DNA of 64,000 nucleotides, taken from Octopus sinensis (lineage: Eukaryota). Of the stretch, positions 61,159 through 64,000 are shown piece by piece. The first letter of the stretch is position 1; each line of letters starts with the position of its first letter. The notes beneath the pieces are model-generated. The model saw nothing but the letters and a program-made list of their open reading frames with translations. It was not told the DNA's origin and searched no databases. The translations under genes were made by a program, and so were the position numbers. The stretch is taken from positions 3,968,001 to 4,032,000 of the forward strand of contig NC_043003.1 in the NCBI RefSeq assembly GCF_006345805.1, given 5' to 3'.

Positions 61159-63165
61159 GAAATAATGGTGCCTACTCCACTGAACATAGTTATTTAGAGA
61201 ATAGTGGTGCATATATAAATATACCAATCTCTCCTTCCCTCTCTCCCCCCTTTTTCAGTCTCTCTCTCTCTCTTTCTCTCGCTCTATGTATTTTACTCAG
61301 TTAATATACTGCTACAATTCCAAGAATCTCTCCACTCCCCCCACCCTACTATTTTGTGTAAATCTTCTTTGATCTGACTTTCTCCTGCTTTACCATTCCA
61401 TGTAATCCATCTCTGACATTCCACCCTCAATTCTTTGCATCATACAAAGACTTTTCTTGTCATTTTGATATTTATAAATTTCTTTACTAACCTGATGTAG
61501 CATCTTTACCAAACTTCGCTTCATCCCAAGAACTCAGCATCTTTACTTCTTAGCAGTGACAATTCTAAATTTAAACCCTAACCTCAGCTATGGCAGTAAA
61601 AGCCCATTGTTTCATGTTGCGAAACAATACTTGGAGTTGCAACTATTTGACATTTATCAGGGTTTCAAATTCTAACTATTTTCTAAATGGTTTCTGCGAC
61701 AGTTCCTTGTTTTTATCTATATTTATTGTGATTTGAAGCACGATTAAACCAATTTCAACGAGAATGGATGGAAACTTGAAGTAATTCTTACGTTAACAGG
61801 GGTCTGTTATGTTCAGTATTTGTTGATGTTGTTGCTGAACCCTAAATCATTCAGATCCAACAGAGCTACAATCAAAGACACAGACACTCTTCTTGTGACC
61901 ATCCCATCTAATATTCAACCACAAAGGGCCTGTATACACTGCAAGGCTGAATGTGGGTTTATCGAACATGAGTAAACATTGTGTGTAGTAAGATTATCTA
62001 ATGTGTCCTTCAATTTTCAGAGAGATTAATGTGAGGAGCTGGTATTTCTGCGCTCAACTGATGTCTGTAGAATGAGCTCCAGAGGGGAAGAAGGGTTCAC
62101 AGAAAAAAAAAAAACAGAACACATGGAACATGGCACAAGACTGGAATGTCCAGCTTTTGCCTTCGATGTTGTTGTTGTTGTCATCTCAGTCAACTCCTGA
62201 GTGAAAATGTTCCAACCATGATACATAATTATTTTCCCACCCAACTATACATGGGTACCACGATAAGGAAACCAGTGGGAGCAGTGGGAAATTGATGACT
62301 GATCTATCAGCATACATCATCAAGAGCAATATACACCCCCACGCCACCTGACCATGTTCAATGTAGACTAGCAGCCTATCCATGAGGTGAAATACATTTG
62401 TCACTCATCCGCCAGAGATAAACACCATTGTCGTGATGTGGGAGGGAAGGATTTGCAATGGGATTTCAGTTGCAAGGGACAAAACAATTCAGAGAAGTGT
62501 GTGGAGTTTGTTTTATGGGACCAGAAGGAGGAGATAGGGAAGACGAGTATTTCTAGTTTGTTAGCTTTGAGGAACAGATGCTAACATAGTAGTGTTAGAA
62601 GAGACTGAGAGGAGAGGACACAGCATATCTGTGACACGAGGTTGGATTGTGTTGGTGAAAGGGTCTTTATCAGTGAGTGTAGCTTTTCTGTTTTTAGGGG
62701 GTTGCCTCATGAACATGGTTCAGAATATGTGAGCAGCACTTTAGTTTAAAGATTAGGGAATGTTTGCGTATTAAGGAGGATTAACTCCTGAGCTACACTG
62801 AAGTGTTTCCAGATTCTTATCTTGGTGATTAATTGTCAGCAAATCATCGTCAGAGATTAGATAAATAGTCAAGGTATCACCACCACCACCACCACCACTA
62901 CCATCAACGTTGTCATCATCTTTGTTTTAACATTCACGTTGCCATGCTAGCATGGGTCAGATGGAATTTATTGAGGCAGATTTTTCCGCAGCTGGGTGCT
63001 CTTCCTGCTGCCAACCCTCAACTCTTTCCAAGCAAGCCGTTTCTCCACCACCAACCCCTCCTCCCGCGGTTAGACATGTCGTTCACACAGAAGATTGGAA
63101 ATGAACAACCCCACATGTATGATGGTGACACTCATTTACAACTATAACATGATGTTGAGACAAAG

Positions 63166-63233
<68 letters not shown>

Positions 63234-63295
63234 GGTTCCAAAACCTCATGGTTGGGAAGCAAATTTCTTACCACACAGCCATACCTGTGCTTGGT

Positions 63296-63336
<41 letters not shown>

Positions 63337-64000
63337 ATGATGATGGTGTTGTATATTCTTCCTCCATTTTCACTCTCCAGGTGTTGTCAGCTGAAGGTAG
63401 GTGTTGAAGAAGCCTACCCGAGGTGCCACACATTGGGATTGAAACCCAGAACCATGCAGTTGGGAATCAAAGATCTTAACTGCACAGCTGCCATTGAGTT
63501 TATCTGTTTTATGTGTACACGGCAACAGTTTCATGCACCTTGTACTTTTGTTGTTAGGGGTTGTTTTAGCAGAACAGGGTGGGTTCTGTGGGTGTGATCA
63601 GTGTGTGACCTGTGTGTATGTGATCTGTGTGTGTGTGTGTTTATAAAGGTTATTCAGGGTTTGGCAAAAAAACTCACTGGGGGAATCAAAAGTTGAGGAA
63701 GTGAAACGTCAAATTTATCAACAGAACAGAGAGAGAGAGCAAGGAGTGTGTGTGTGTGTTTAGTGAGGGAGGGAGAGAGAAAGGGGTGGAACAGTGCTCA
63801 GCTCCAGATCGGTGGTGGTGGTGGTGGAGGTGGTGGGTGAGTGTAAGCAAATAGTTCTGAGACACTTCCTGGTATTTCACTGTGTCTGTGTGTCTCAGCC
63901 TTAACAAGAAGACTTTAGGACATTCACAGAAATACATCTGCTGCCAATTAACACATGTCTACTGCACTAATTAACTGCTGCTGCTGCAATAATAACTCCA

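Overview
Eukaryotic, AT-rich, microsatellite-saturated DNA with no recognisable intact protein-coding gene. The repeat families (tRNA-headed SINEs, RTE-LINE 3' ends, dense (TA)n/(CA)n/(CT)n/(CAT)n) look like an octopus/coleoid cephalopod genome; this is inferred from repeat resemblance, not tested. Nearly all ORFs in the track are read-through of simple repeats or SINEs. Real coding remnants are a decayed pogo/Tigger transposase (about 12.3-14.2 kb, with two nested retroposon tails), a mariner fragment with WVPHEL (44.2-44.5 kb) and several RTE RT C-termini. Also present: hAT, piggyBac, Tigger and Helitron non-autonomous elements, a 56-bp satellite and a near-perfect 0.9-kb tandem duplication. 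The most interesting signal is a set of at least four unrelated short repeat families carrying minimal type I hammerhead ribozyme folds of the Penelope-like-element kind, often as head-to-head palindromes. These include a tRNA-headed (Pol III) element with an embedded hammerhead and a 12-bp TSD (26665-26971) and a family with a G3:C8-swapped catalytic core (3126-3395, 58838-58888). A candidate recursive-splice 42-nt exon (48502-48543) suggests the window may lie in a long intron.
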